Of a stretch of 64,000 nt of DNA, positions 29,101 through 44,100 are shown in pieces. The notes under the pieces are model-generated. The model was not told where the DNA came from. It was given only the letters and a program-made list of their open reading frames with translations, and did no database searches. The first letter of the stretch is position 1. The number at the start of each line of letters is the position of its first letter. The position numbers and the translations under genes are program-made. This stretch comes from Tubiluchus corallicola (taxonomy: Eukaryota; Animalia; Priapulida), in assembly GCA_030141605.1 (NCBI GenBank), contig JAQGDQ010000003.1, positions 310,001-374,000 of the forward strand, written 5' to 3'.

Positions 29101-32100
29101 GAACGCAAGAAACAACAAAAAATAGCACTATATGATACCAATCAAAAAAATAAGAAAATCCAATAATGCAGTTTCAAAATGAAAAATATGTAGTGTACTA
29201 CTGAGCAATCAGCAAGTGGATAAAGGATTGGAAATATTTATCATTAATTTAGGAAAAGTTATGCAATACAGTAGCAAAGATAGGCTAGTCCACAGAGAAA
29301 ATTATTCATCAATAAATTTTGTAACTGGAAAATTTCTCCAATAAGAAAAAAATAATAACTTTTGCTTATGATATATATTACGACTTCAACACCACACAGT
29401 GTGTTGTGGCTAGCTAAATGTAAAATGTAGAAATATAAATGAACAGCAAATTTTCCTTTTTAAACTTATATATTAATATTAATGTGTAGGCTAAAACAAT
29501 ATATATTGTACTTGATAGTTCTAATACTTCTAATGGTTAATTTGTTCAACAAAATGACTTGAAAGCCAGGAAGACTTTCATGTTTCCATCATGTTTTCTG
29601 CACATCTAGTGAGAGCATTTTATTGCTCTCAAACCAATAGCACTATTATTTTTTCAGCTACAGGAAAAATCTGTGAAAAGTACTGAAAATCATCAGCAAA
29701 TGCTATAAAGATAAATTGGTGTTTATTGTGTTTCTCTACCATTTTGTGTGAGCTTGGTTGAGCAAATTATTGTGCTAATTTGGAATGAATCCTTTGTGGT
29801 CAGCGACAGTCCACCGCTGTTCTTTAGTAGCAGCTGGCTGCCCATGTTCATTCCAGCTGCTTCGAGTTCCTGCTTTGTAGCCGGCAAGTTCAGATAGCTG
29901 CATCTTTCTTCCTTGTCTTCTTTTTTCTTGTGCTCAATCTGAACAAAAAAAAGCAATTCAAATCAAATTAGAAGAAGAAGATGCAAATTGCTGGATGACT
30001 GTAAAAAAATAAAAGAAGTTGAAAAATTGAAACAAATTAAATTAGATTCTGAAGACTTTCTAGTGAGGCTTATTATATTTATGCAAATGCCATGCCATGA
30101 TGTTTGATAAGAAATACGGTGCAGTGTAAAAATCAGGAAAAAACAGCTAGATTGTTCCTACCTTATAGACTAGAAGATCATGTGTGCCATCAAGTAATGT
30201 TGTCCCATTTTCTTGCATCAGACGCACATAAGATAGTGCAAATGGTTTTTCAGCCCTGTCCTTCACATCGCTGGTTGAACGATGTTTGAAGAGGAAAAGA
30301 AGATGAGCACTGTAAAAATCATCTATGGGCACTGCAACCTGTACAAAACAAAGGCAAAGTAATTTAGGCAAGACAATAAAATGTACGAACATATTTAGCA
30401 AGCAAGCACAACAGACTGCATGTACATTTCAAAAATGAATACAGTCAGTATAATATGACACTATCAAATTTGCTAACCAAAACAATAGACCTGAAATAGT
30501 TTCAAATCAACAATCCTATGAAAGACTATAAAAAAGCTAGCAATTATTTAGTGATGTTTCTGCCAATTAATTATACAGCTTGTTTATGCAGTATGAAATT
30601 ATGAAAAAAAATTATCATTACTAAATCAATATAAAAAATGGTAAAATCTAGATTTTAGTGCATAAACTGCTCCTAACAAAACAGTGAGAATGTTATCTAT
30701 AAAAATTACACATATTCAAAGTTGAAGACTGCAAAGACTGAAATGTTTAATAATTTCCATCCACTTAATTCCTACCCTCAAGAACTGCAGCATAAATTGC
30801 CTGTCATCATGTAACACAGTACAAAATTACTAAGTGTACGACATGCTATAAACTGATACCTGAAATTAAAGAAAATTTATATTTCAACGAACTTATATGA
30901 AGTTAATTAGCAGCACTTACTTTAAATGTTTCATTCCAATGTGGTCTGTCCTCATGGTAATAGACAACCGATTTGTAAGCTTCACTGCCTTGTTGATCTC
31001 CACCTGACTCTGTGCTTATCACATTCTATAATAAGTAAGTAACATATGACTTATGGAAATTACTCAGAAAGTTCAGACTCAACAGTTGGAACTAAAAAAA
31101 AAAAATAACAGCTGTATTATCAGATTTTGCTGTGCAGGTTACAAAAATCACTCTCTTTCATGCTACTAATTTTCTAAAATGCAAATAACTGCAAACAAAT
31201 TGCAAGTAGATGTTTTGTTATGCCATCAAGCAAGCTAACAATAGAAAGAGAATCAGCCAATGAAACAGAAAATGTTCAAATAAGAGTTTGCAAAATTATT
31301 TTAGGCCCACGGTATATCACTTATGATGAGACACTGAAGTCTCTGACTTCAAAAAAACTTATTGAAAGACTAAAACCATTACTGGTTGCAAGAAACATTT
31401 TAACACTTACGGGAAGATGTTTACCCTCATTGTTACAGACATAGACAGTGACTTCCACATTCTTATCTGAAGTTTTGCTACCCTTCGTAAACTCTCCTTG
31501 GACAAGGGTCAGATATACATCATTACGCACATCACCTGAATTAAATGAAATAAGTATCAGCAAATTTTAAATTTCAAAATTGTACATATGCAGTAAAGCC
31601 TTTTGAAAAAGCTAAAGTTATATCTATATCTATATAATCCACGCAAATCACAAGTAAATGTTTAGTGTATCAGGAGTCTAAATTATGTCTTAGTTAAAAA
31701 GAGATTTAAAAAGTCTAAAAATTCTTAATTTCAATTTCCTAAATTATAAAGTTAAAAAACATCTTTTAATAGTTTTAACAGAAATTGACATTAAACTTTA
31801 CATGAGCAAACACCAAGAGAGATGATTAGAGATTAACGAGTAACAATAGTAAATGGCAATAGCTAACAATAACCATCAACTATAGTGTAGCAGGCTGTTA
31901 TATCAAGTTAATCAAAATGATCTGCACTTCAACTGGTAACTTCAGTTTAATTATTGTTAAAAAAGTGATAATTTTAATGCGAAAAAACTGTATTAATGAG
32001 AACTAGCTGCTTTAAGGAAAATTAACATTAACAAGTATATTTTGAGCTTAGTCCAACAAAGGTTGAACTCATTTTATATTACAACATTTTAATTTTGTCT

Positions 32101-35100
32101 TAAAATCAACATAATATGTCATTAAAATGAATAAACCAAAGCAGACAAAAAAATCACTATAGGCGTTAAAGTAGCAAGTAGCATGTTCACATGCTGTTTT
32201 GACTCTTATGTAAATTTTCATATTAAGGTTGCAGCTAAAATGTACCTCCTTGCAAAGTCCTTCATAAAACTAATTAGCTAAAGCATGTGCACTGCTTAAA
32301 TATTTAAATCGTTATTAATCACGTGGATATGTCAATCTCTGTTGCACTTTAAAATAATGTACATGGAAAAATATATACCTCACTCAGTAATGGCTTACCT
32401 GCAGATAATAGAATCTAATGCAAAAGTTAGCTAAATTACCTGGTAGGATCACTTCGGGGAAGCCCATTTTGCGCACAACGCACGTGGAAGCCGACACCAA
32501 GTGTGGGTACTCTTCTCTAGCTTGCTTAAAATCTCCCGGCAGTAACTTCATGGATACCCACAGACCTTGGCCCTTGTGGTTAACATCTTTGGCGGCAATG
32601 ACCTTGCGCACGACATTGTCCAGAAAGTCCTTCTCGTTGCAGCTAAAATGCCACCAAATGCAATGCAGTTTGAAATTTAACTTCCACAGATGAAATTTAG
32701 GTCTGTAGTCTTTGTTATTCAAATATGGCTTCATATATTAAATCAACTATACTTATATCATATTCATATATTAATATGTATAGAAAAGATATACAGCCTA
32801 AGAAAAAATAAAAAGTATACTTCGAGCAATAATGTTACGGGACAAAAGAAAGTTTTCTATATGATATATTCACATGGGCTGTGCATTATACAACTTCAAT
32901 CAATTATTAAATTGTTGATTTTTCACAAATTATTCATTAATGATATGAGTAATTGAGCATCTGCTGGCCATTAGTAGTTTTTTGCATGTGATATAGTTCT
33001 CTGTAGATATAATTATGCCAGTAAACAGACTTTGACAACGGGACAGTTACAGTTTTGGTTCACATCTTAGTTATAAATAAACTCGTGTTTACACTTTTAT
33101 ATCTTTGTAATATGCCAAATGACTTGCAAGTAAAATATACTTGAAAATAAGTACATTAGGAAGATCCGGACACTACTATAGTTTTTCTTTTTTTTTGATG
33201 AATGCAACATGGAAAAGCTTCATAAAACATTCTGATTTAATCCACACATAAAATATAAAAAATAAAGAATGTAAAACTCACTAAACAAATGGAAGAAAGT
33301 GATGTTTTTCCTCGTCGCTTTCAATTTTTCCTGAGATAATATCTGAGATGTCCATCACTAAAAAGTGCAAACGCATATTAAGCTCTGAGATAATATATTA
33401 ATACATATAAAACACGAATAGAACTAGTTATTAATATAAAAACTTAAAACAGTCATGCTTTGCTTGATGGTATGACCATGACTAATTTAAAATCGAATTA
33501 ATTAATTGTGTTTGTACCATCATTAATAATAATCCTGACATTAAGATTATAAATAATTAATCTTGTTTTACTTATTGGAAGGATTACATGTACAAAATCT
33601 TAATTCATTACATTAGTCAGAAATAGTGTAAAAGTTAATTAGATGCTTAGACAGTCTGATTGGGCATTGGAGCTACAGGTAAATAATACATTACCATAAC
33701 ACAAAAGAAAAGGTACGAAACACTTATTGAGACAGTAAGGTATTTTATTCTCCTTAACGTCAAGAAAAGAGTCTTGGAAGTGCACCTGAAACTTTTAATT
33801 ACATCTGGTGCTTGTAGACATATTAAAGGCTTGTTCTGGCTAAGAATCAATCACTAAAGCTTAATACATATCTTTATTTGCTACTTATCTATTAATGACA
33901 ACAACGGCAAAACAATTATTCAACTCAAAGAATGTTTATAAATACCTACCAGCAACACCGAATGGCCGCCGTATGTTTTGCTTATCTTTCTTCCGTTCAT
34001 TCTTTTCCACATCTTTTAACTCCATGTTACCTTAAAAAAACTTGCATCATGAAACCAATAACAAGTTGACTGTATGTACTTCCAGCCAAGTCTACAAAAG
34101 TAATCGAAATACACATTCAAAATATATCAAACGCTAATTTAATATGGTCCACTGGTGAAATATTCAATTATGCCTGACTCAGTTAGATCAAGCTAATTTA
34201 GCTCATTGTTCTTTTATGTGAAATGCAAATAGTAAGCTAATTCACACTGGTAGCGCAATTAACTACACAATGTGGTTAAAAAATTCTGAACTCTTGGCAA
34301 ATTATATATCAAGTTATAATATCATGAAAAGCTGAAGTGTCGATAAATGTAACTGATCAAGACTCGCACGAAATTTAATGGATTCTTTCTAGTCCCATAC
34401 CTATTTCTCTATGAAGTTTCGTGGAAATCAGTTAAGTAGTTTTTACATAATCTTGCTAATCAATAGACAAACAAAGCATGACATACCAATTCTAACCACT
34501 TGGCAAACAAGAAAAACTCGGGCTCTGTTTATGTCTCTATTTCCAAGATCCTAAAGTAAGAAAAAACCTAAAATACAGACTGATTCCAAAAAAAAAACCA
34601 GATCTCTTATGAACTAACAATTCTGTGAAGACTTCTATTACACTAGATTTTTTGCTGTTAGAATTGAACAACTTGGCATTGTTTTACTAAAAATTACATT
34701 GACTTACTAAAAACTACACATCAATAATAATGTACATACTGTATATACGCGTGTACAAGTCGACCTTATGTATAAGTCGATGTGCATTTTAAGACCAAAA
34801 ATTGCATCATTTTATATATTATCTGTGTACAAGTCGACCATAAAATATTAAGATCTTCCAGAGTAAATGATGGGTAATGATCTTCCAGGGAATGTATATT
34901 TACGCTAGATTTTCAAGTCGGTATCAATTTAAAGATCGTTTTTGCTCCCATGTTCACAAGTCCGACCTTATTAATTAAGCCGACAGGCGGCAGCACCTGC
35001 ACAACATTGGCGATTTCCATGTTCCGATCAAGTGCTCCGTCGCTAGTTTATTTACCGGTAATATATAAATTTTAACTTAATCTCACATGCATTAAAATAA

Positions 35101-38100
35101 ATTACAGTAATATTTGTTAATTTTGTGAAGTAATGTCAAGATGCGAACATCCTCTGATGTGAAGTATCACAGTATAAGTGTTCATTCAGTCCAGCGTATA
35201 ATGAAGGATTATTTCTTTGCATATTCGTATTGTAGACGACTCTTTAGCGACATCTCCCAAAAACATATCGTAAGTATAGGTCGACCCCAAAAATTTCACC
35301 TTAAAATCGCCTCCCAAAAATTCGACTTATACATAAGTATATACGGTAATTCATAGTTTGAGATATAAGATCAATTATTGTGATACATAAAAATAAAAAA
35401 AATTATTTAAAACATAGTTGGAAACATAGTGGAAATATACAAAAAATTCTATTATGTGCTTTCATAATAAGATGTAAAATCAATGCAAAAATATACATGA
35501 AAAAGTCGAGAAAATTTTTAGTTAAACATCAGTATTATGGCAAAGCGAATTTATAATAAGGTAAGCGAATTTTTAATTATTATTTGTAAAAATCATTTTG
35601 GCTTGCTACACTGTGAATTAAAATAAGTACTACTCAACCGTAAAAACAGCCCGAAAATCAAAGGTTTCTCTGCCGATTCCACGCCACTTGATCCGATAGT
35701 TCTCACTAAAAGAGGAAATCTTGACATTAAAAGGAGAAATCAATAATGCAAAATTGGTAGTAAAAACTGTACTTAAAAACCTATCTATACTTTTATTGTA
35801 TATCCATATCTCTACAGGTCTATTTTACTATATCTATGGCTTCTATGTGAATACATAATATATTGAAACAAAAATACAAATTTGCTTCAAAACGTAACCA
35901 CAAATCTATTTATATTCCAAAACTGGCCTCCTTCTTAGTATAAATTTAATTTAATTGATTCTCTTAATGGATGAAAAATGGACTTACCAGAAAAACTTGC
36001 ATTCAGTAGCATCGTAGAGTGATAGTAACAATTCGGTGTCATTCTTTGCATTGGCACACACAAAGTTCTTCAATGATATGAATAAGCTATGAGAAAATCT
36101 TGCTATTCCTGTCTGGGAAGAACGTTTATCACCTTCAATCTTTACTTTAGTCATTCTTTCAACCGCCTGTTCATGCTGAAGTAAACAAATTTTTTATACA
36201 GTAGTTTATATATCATAAGATGTTAATGCAGTTTAACTAAAGACAACATTCAGTAGGACAATGTAAAAAAATAAAAAATGAAAAGCACACTTCTTTCTTC
36301 CTACGAGATTAGCTAGGTCATTTTTAAAAAGAATTTTGCAGTAAAAAACACCATTTTGGTGATGCTGACAGTGATAACAATCTTACATATTATCTATAAA
36401 AATTACTTGTCAACTGTTTATTTGAATCACGGTTTATAACAAATTAAAATCTAATTTTGTTGGAAATGCCTCTTTTGTTAACGTATATGCTGTATTTAGT
36501 ATATCAACTAGTGACGAAGATTCATAACTTCATACCACTCTAAATAGATTAATGGCACTTGTTTCTTCAGGATTTAAGATGTTTCCTTGATCGTCTCTCA
36601 CGACTAGATCCAAATGCAACAAGGCATTACCCTCATCGATTTTGGAAGTTATTTTTTGTTTCAACTCTTTAAGTTCATCCTGCAATACAATATTTTTCTA
36701 GCATAGCAGGAAAAAGCTACAACAAGTACATAATAACAGTTTTGCTAAACATAAACACAAACTGAATAACAAATGACTGACTTCCCATCTTTGATAGAAT
36801 TCTTACAAGAGCAAGGCGTAAAATTGAATATTGGGTCTGTATGAGTGTGTTTAAATATTACACGACTTGATTCGATAAACTGATTTTACGCTAATTGTAG
36901 CTAAGAGGTCTTATTAGTATGAAAATGAGCTTCGTTGCAGTAGCATTTATTCTATTACTTGCAGTTACTATATACCACAATGCTATTTTTAAAGTCTCGC
37001 AATAATTGCTGCAGGAAGAATGGTTAAAGTTTTGTTGGATGATTAGGAGACAATACTCAGAAGTGAGATCCTATTGTCAATGGGTGTATAAATTCTCAAA
37101 ACTACCGCCTCCTTTGTGAGTATCCCATCATTCAACACCGGTGAAAATGAGCAATATTTTATTCATTCCTACCTGCTTTGTTAGAAAAATACTGTTTAAA
37201 AAAAGAAAACTAATGCAAGTATTATTGAATTTAAGATTCATCTGTCCTCTGACAATTCCACATAAGGTAAAAATGATTTTACTTTGCAAGATTCTACTAG
37301 AAGACTAGCAGAAAAGCATAAAAATTGTCAACAACTTAGTGAATAAGTAAGGATGGAAATGAGTAAACCACTCATGTTCTGCCAATGAGACTTAGCTAAA
37401 TGTGACTGTAGCTATTTGATTATTTGTATTTTTTCTGAAAGTTGTTGCAAACACTCCAACCATTCTGGATAAGAAGCTGTTTAGACAATGCAGACACACA
37501 AGGTTTCAGAACAAATATGTGAAATGTCACACAGAAAATCGTTTTAGATAGTTCGGATAAAAATACTCCTAAACATTATCTATAGGCTCAGTATTGCTCA
37601 ATGTTATTTTAAGCACATTACTGGCCATTAGCACCCTGAAAAGACTGTTTGTTGTTGGAGAACTTTTTGTAAGAATTATAACTCACCACTGGCAGAGTGC
37701 CAGACATTATTCTGCTTCGAAAGTTGAACAGCTCATTCATCATAATCCGAATTCTCACAAAATCATCCGGCTTGCTGTCCTAAAAAAATGTTTAAAGTGT
37801 GCTATACATTCATTGACAGAATTAATCTTAGGATGCAGTAAATGGAAACTTCACTAAATCATCAAATTGGGTTTTTAGCAGACCAATGTTTTCTGTTACC
37901 TGTGTGTGAAATATACACACTTTTAAGATGCTAAAATACACAAAAACCTGCTTTGCCTGATTTTAGTTTTTTTTTAATGTGCATATCAAAACCAGCTAAT
38001 TTGACTTTTTGCAAAGTCAGCCAAACACTGTGTAATTATTCAAAGCTTAAGAAATTCAGTGTTCTTCAGATAATTTAATTAAGCAGAAAAAAAATCATCA

Positions 38101-41100
38101 AGCCATTCAAAATTCTATAAAACCAACGTTCATATCCTAATGATGCCTAATCAGATTATATATACAGTAGAATTTGCTTAATAAGTCCACAGATAATAAA
38201 TCCAGCCACTTATGCCACTTATCGTGGCCACTGTGGCTGGAACAAAACTGTATAATGCTATATCCTTGTTAAACCTGCACCTTTTATTAAATCCAAACTT
38301 CGCATTATAAACCCGCATTAAACACTGTGAAGACAACAAAATTGTGATATAAGACCGCACGACTGTCCAGCATTTTAACTTGAGCAAGATCAACTCTTTG
38401 TTTTAAGCACATTTTATACCTTTCAATTTTTTCCATTTAATTCTTTGTCTTCAGCAGTCTAATTTACAAGTTACAATGCTGAAGCATCAATCAAGTACAA
38501 AATGAGATATTTAATTTAGGTTTAACTAATGTGCTAATTCTTGCTGATAAACTGTTATGCCCAAGAATATCAATGACTCTAATAAATGAATGCTGAATCA
38601 CCAGTGATATCAAAGTTACATGTATTGCTGTATCGCACAAGCTTTTTAACTTTGTATGCAGCTTATCACCTATAAAGGGTAACGGCATCATAGATAAGCA
38701 ATACATATTTTATGCGAGTTATTTTAAACATAAATAAATAAAATATTGTACCTTACTTAAAAATTTTTCACAAGCAGTTTACTGAGTGCTAAAGAGTATT
38801 GTCTTCATACACTCATACCTCAATTTGCCGGACAAAAGCGGGTAGAATTTGGTCCGAATTTACCAAGTGTCTGTATTTACCGATACTAATCTAATACAGT
38901 AGGCGCCGTGTATTAGACTCACAGTAATGTAGAATCAATCACCTAATTGTCTCAAAAATGTCTAATACATCTAAAACGGGCGCTTTTATGCAAAAATATA
39001 TAAAAACTGTCGGCAATTGACTCAAATAACTCCACATAATTGACTATTTTTGATTCTGGTTGAACCATTTAAACACGCTGATTAAAATACTTAAACATGC
39101 TGATGTACAAGTTACACATGTGCTGCTTGGTTGCACTGATGTAATGACATAATCAAAGCGGTCAGTTGGCAAAACAACAGACTGTCTCCATTGTATGCGG
39201 GACTTTTTAATTGATTTTGTTCGATTCTTCTGATATCCGTACAAGTGAGGTCAAGCAAACCAAGATATGAGTGTATATAAACAGTACACACTGAAATAAC
39301 ATAGAAAATGCTACCTATCTCTTTTGTTTATAAATCCATGTGTTTCATATCCATTTATTTTCACAACAAAGTGGATTTATTACATGAGGCATACTGTATA
39401 TAGAAATGCAAAAACAGTGAAAGGTAAAACCAGACTTGGTGAAGATAATGGCTAATTTTTGTTATGTTTACCATGTACAGTCTCTTCCATAGCGTGCCCC
39501 ATTCACGCAATATTGACGTAATTTCCAGCACAACAGGAGACTCTTTAGGTAACACTGTCTCATAGTTTCTGCAAAAAATCAAGGTCTCTGTCTTAAATGT
39601 TTTAATAACATTTTAATGTTTTAATATTTTAATAATAATGTTTTAATATGAAAATAAACATAATGGCACTTCCTGTAAAACCATATTGTGTTGTAAGTAA
39701 AACGGCAAGGCAAAAGTATTATTACAAGAACACTAAGTATTGTATGTAATATTACACACCTGTTAATTCGTATACTCTCCTTAACATGAACATAAGCTTT
39801 TGGAAAGATTCCCTTTTTCTTTCTATTTCGTAGGAGGTATCCTCTATACCAGTCTGTAATGCATAATAAAAATTTCTGATCAGGAATTCAAATTTATTCA
39901 GTTTTACTTAATGCATCAATAATTTTATATAAAAAAGAACAATTTATTTAATTGTGATCTAGCCAAATTTGGCATGCATGCATATATATATATATATATG
40001 CACACACACATTACATGTTTAGTAAGTATATATTTAAACATTATGTCAAAATTCCACAGATTCCTTCTTTAGCACCTTCTTCTTATGTCACAACAAAGTG
40101 CTTGGTGTCACTATCTCTGGATGGGCATTTCTTTTGGTGGAGGGGCATGTGTGGTAGTACAGTGGCCGCCGCTTATTGTGGACACCTCGGGCCAGCAGTG
40201 TATGTCCATATTAAGCGAAGTGACCCATGAAGACCCTTCCCCTTCATTAAAAAAGGCAAAAAACTGTCTGTATCAACTCGTCTCCTGTTTTATTGAAAAA
40301 AAGAAGTCAGACGAGTTTGTTTGGCAGGAAACTTTTCTCTCAACCTTGAACGGAAGGAAGTTATCACAGTTTCGAAGCTCTCAAGGCCACGGCAAACGGC
40401 GAACTGACTGATGCAATGACTCACACAGGCAGCAGAGCGGGAAGCTCTTTTCAATCACGCGCGCAGGCCGTGGTTGGCACGGCTGGTTCACGTGCCAAGA
40501 ATGTTCGCTGTCCATATTAAGCGGCGGTTGTCCATATTAACCGGCGGATTTTATTAGGGGAAAATTCAGTCCCTCGCGAGTTGTCCACAATAACCGGCTG
40601 TCCACAATAACCGTGTCCATAATAAGCGGCGGCCACTGTATAACATTTTCTCGTTCCACTACTAGATATGCTAGAAGAGGTCAGCATTCCGAAAACTTGC
40701 GCAGGTTACCATCCACCTTCTATAAAAGGACCTGGTTGTGACACGTTCGGTTGGCTCAAATCCCAACTTAAAGGAAAACAGCACGAATGTCCGGCACCAT
40801 TTTGAAGTACGATAAAAAATACATTTTAACACACATAAAAATGCCAAAGCATTTCTGATAACTAACTGTTTTCTTAAAAACTTAATTGAATGTTGGTGAG
40901 CCCAGTTAGTGATCATGTCAGAACTGAATATAATTTTGTAATGGTGCAAAGATAACACGAGCGTGTTGCATGTGTTTGTAAAAGCGAAAATTAAAATACT
41001 AGGTGCTATTGTACAGCACTGACAATGATTTACACCAACTTGGAAAATTTTAATCTTACTGCTGTGCCAACATACAATTTGACCACAAGTGTGCTTTATG

Positions 41101-44100
41101 TCAGAACTGAACCAAGAGGAACAGTGGGTGTTTTTTTTATACAAAGTATCTCCGAGATGCAGGAGTTTATGCACCATCTAACTAGGGAATAGTGAATGCC
41201 TGTAACAGCATAAAACTAGGGTGCGAATGTGTTATAAAATTTCTGTGGTAATCAATCTTTCACACAAGTCATTCTTAAAAGCCAATATTTTCCTTTTCAA
41301 TATTTTGAGCATTAGATCATTTTGAGTTTTTTTTTGTTTTTTTGTACTGTTTTCCTTTAATTTCAGTCTTTTCTTGTTAAAAATGTAACAAATGGCAAGA
41401 GAATATTCTGGTTTGTTAATTTTTGAAACTTTCGGGAAATTTGATACCTTAATTCATAATGTTATACAGCCATTGCGGTTTACAATATGTTTACAAAGAT
41501 TTTGTTAAATTAAAAATGATAGTTTAGTAAGCTGAACAGCAAACAAGTGAAAACAATTTTCTATTGATCAGCAGTCGCACCTTCACAGTATTCAGTAATG
41601 TGAACAGAGTCACCAATTTGCAAAGGCAATGCATGTTCTCCTGCTGGTGTAAAGTGGCATATGGCTGAAAAAAGAAACAACAGTGTGTATGAGATGAGGA
41701 CCTGTCGTAAGTTGCACAAGCCGTACATTAATGCACTCATGCATTTAGTTAAAAAGTTTCTCTCTAAGCAACATTAGTTACCTCTCTGTCTTAGCAGACT
41801 CCACAAAAAAACAATTTCTTTAATTCTGTCAATCAATCAATATTTCTTTTTTAGTTCTTTAAATTTGAAATTTTATTCACCAAGCCTTCCCATTAATAGT
41901 TAATGACATGAACTAATAAGTTGGCCTAACAAACTTAACATTAGCAGTAATGTTCAAAAGCATAGGAGCCACAGAGCAAGACCTTAGAATTACAGTATCT
42001 TACAGCTCTTAATAAATAATCCTTTTTTGGTTTTGTAGGTCTAAACTTCTTTCTAATTTTCTCTGTATTAATGTCAATGATTATTAAACAGCATCAAATA
42101 ACCAATGAAGATTTAAATTGAAGCTTGTCATACTAATTAGCATCACACAACTATAAATTATTGTTAACTACTAACTACATTAAAATGAGGACTGACAAAC
42201 ATCATCTCCATAAGCATTATTACCACCACAATCATTAATTATCATCATTAATTCATTATACCCAGCAAAGCCATCAGTGTTGTGATAGTTCATTTACTAA
42301 TATAATTATTACAGTTACAAATGTTATTACAATTTGAACTTTCAGAAAGTGTAACTGTGATGTCACAGTTTCGACATCAGAACAGAAACTAGCTGCAGTT
42401 ACTTTCAGTACAGTTACAGTTTATAGTTACAGTTAAAAAGTAACTATTATATGAAGTTAAATATCAGAGCACAGAGTTATCATGTCTGATATAGGAATGA
42501 GATCATAAAAATTGACACTAGAATGAAATCACGCTGCTGAGTCACACAGCTGCATCGCATAAGCCTACAAGGAACAATGTGTTTTTCTCTCTGGCTTCTG
42601 TAAAGCTTGAGGTCTGTGTTTCCCGATCGAGGTCTATGCAAATTTAATGCAGCAGCAGCAGCTACTACATTCTTGGGAAACATTGTTTCATGCCATTTGT
42701 GGTCCCATCTTTGAAAAATTGTTTTTCTGCAACAGTCGACTGTAATTGGCAATACTGAAAGAGTATAATGGGCAGAGTACCAACACATACAACATGCAAT
42801 TAATAAACTTGGTTTAATTCCATTCAACTGTAACGATAACAGTAACTGTTATTTTCATTACAAGTTACTATAAAAACTGAACTACAGTAGGTGCCGCTTA
42901 ATAGACTCACTTTGGGACCTAAGTGTTTGACCCAGTTAACCGACTGAACCTATTAACCGATGGGTGTAGTATTACTGGTATAGAACTATGTGTCACCAGC
43001 TTACAATATGCACTGCAAAGATTTTTAATGAAGTAATGCCTAAATTCCTTTGTGCTGTTAAAAACTAGAACAAAATATTTTAAAATATTAATTTATATAA
43101 GTGAATTAGCAATAAATTAAAAAGTACACTTTTCTAAATCACGCAAGTCTGGTTATTCGCAAAAATAATGGAAATATGTCCAAGGTCGGCTGATTCATTT
43201 TTTGCGACAAGTTGGGTCAGCAAGTTCTCATGATAAAAAAACGTTTAAAACTGTTGTCGTATGATACACAAATACGTGCTTGAACTATTGGTGGTGACCG
43301 TATTTCCCGGCAAGAGGCTTCGTCTGTAAGCTCCCGATTGCTATCGTGTCGTACTTACTGTACTGTATCTGCATCCCTGGCATAACAGCAATGGCAAACT
43401 GATTAAACTTTCTGGGAAAGACTGCCAGAGCTTCAAAAGCAAACCGCTAGGCAAGTGATTAAATGTTTAGCTTCCAGGAATTCTTGGGTAATTGGTCAAT
43501 TGCAGTGGACTGGCGGGTCAAAGCAAACCATTAGGCTAGCATATTAGCGTATGAGGAACGTTCTTGCTTACACACAAAACGGTACTTAACATTATTGTTC
43601 CTATGTATCTTATAGGACAAAAGTGAACTAAGATGATATAAAAGTCATAATAGCTTATTAGTCATACGAAAGTGTCTTATTGAAGCATGTGAAGCAAAAA
43701 TATTGAGTCAATTATGCGAAGTTATTTGAGTCAATTACCGACAGTTTTTACGTACATTAGAATAGAAGCAGCCCATACCAGGCATTTTTGAGTCAATTAA
43801 GCGATTGAGTCTATTAACCGTGAGTCTATTAAGCGGTGCCTACTTTGCAATATCAACTACATCTCTACCTTCTGATTAATCACCTGACACAGTTTCATTC
43901 TTTTGTCTTTCCCCCAACTCTATGAGTTGCCAGCGTTGTGTTCACCAATTTCTTTTGATTAATCAAACCCATACAGTTTCACTCTTTTTTTACATTCATT
44001 CCCAACTCCATGTGTTGCACTTTGTTTATCTTCTACATAATTGGTTTAACAATTTTTTTCCTGTACATAAGCCATGTCTCTGTTACATATTTCATTAGTT

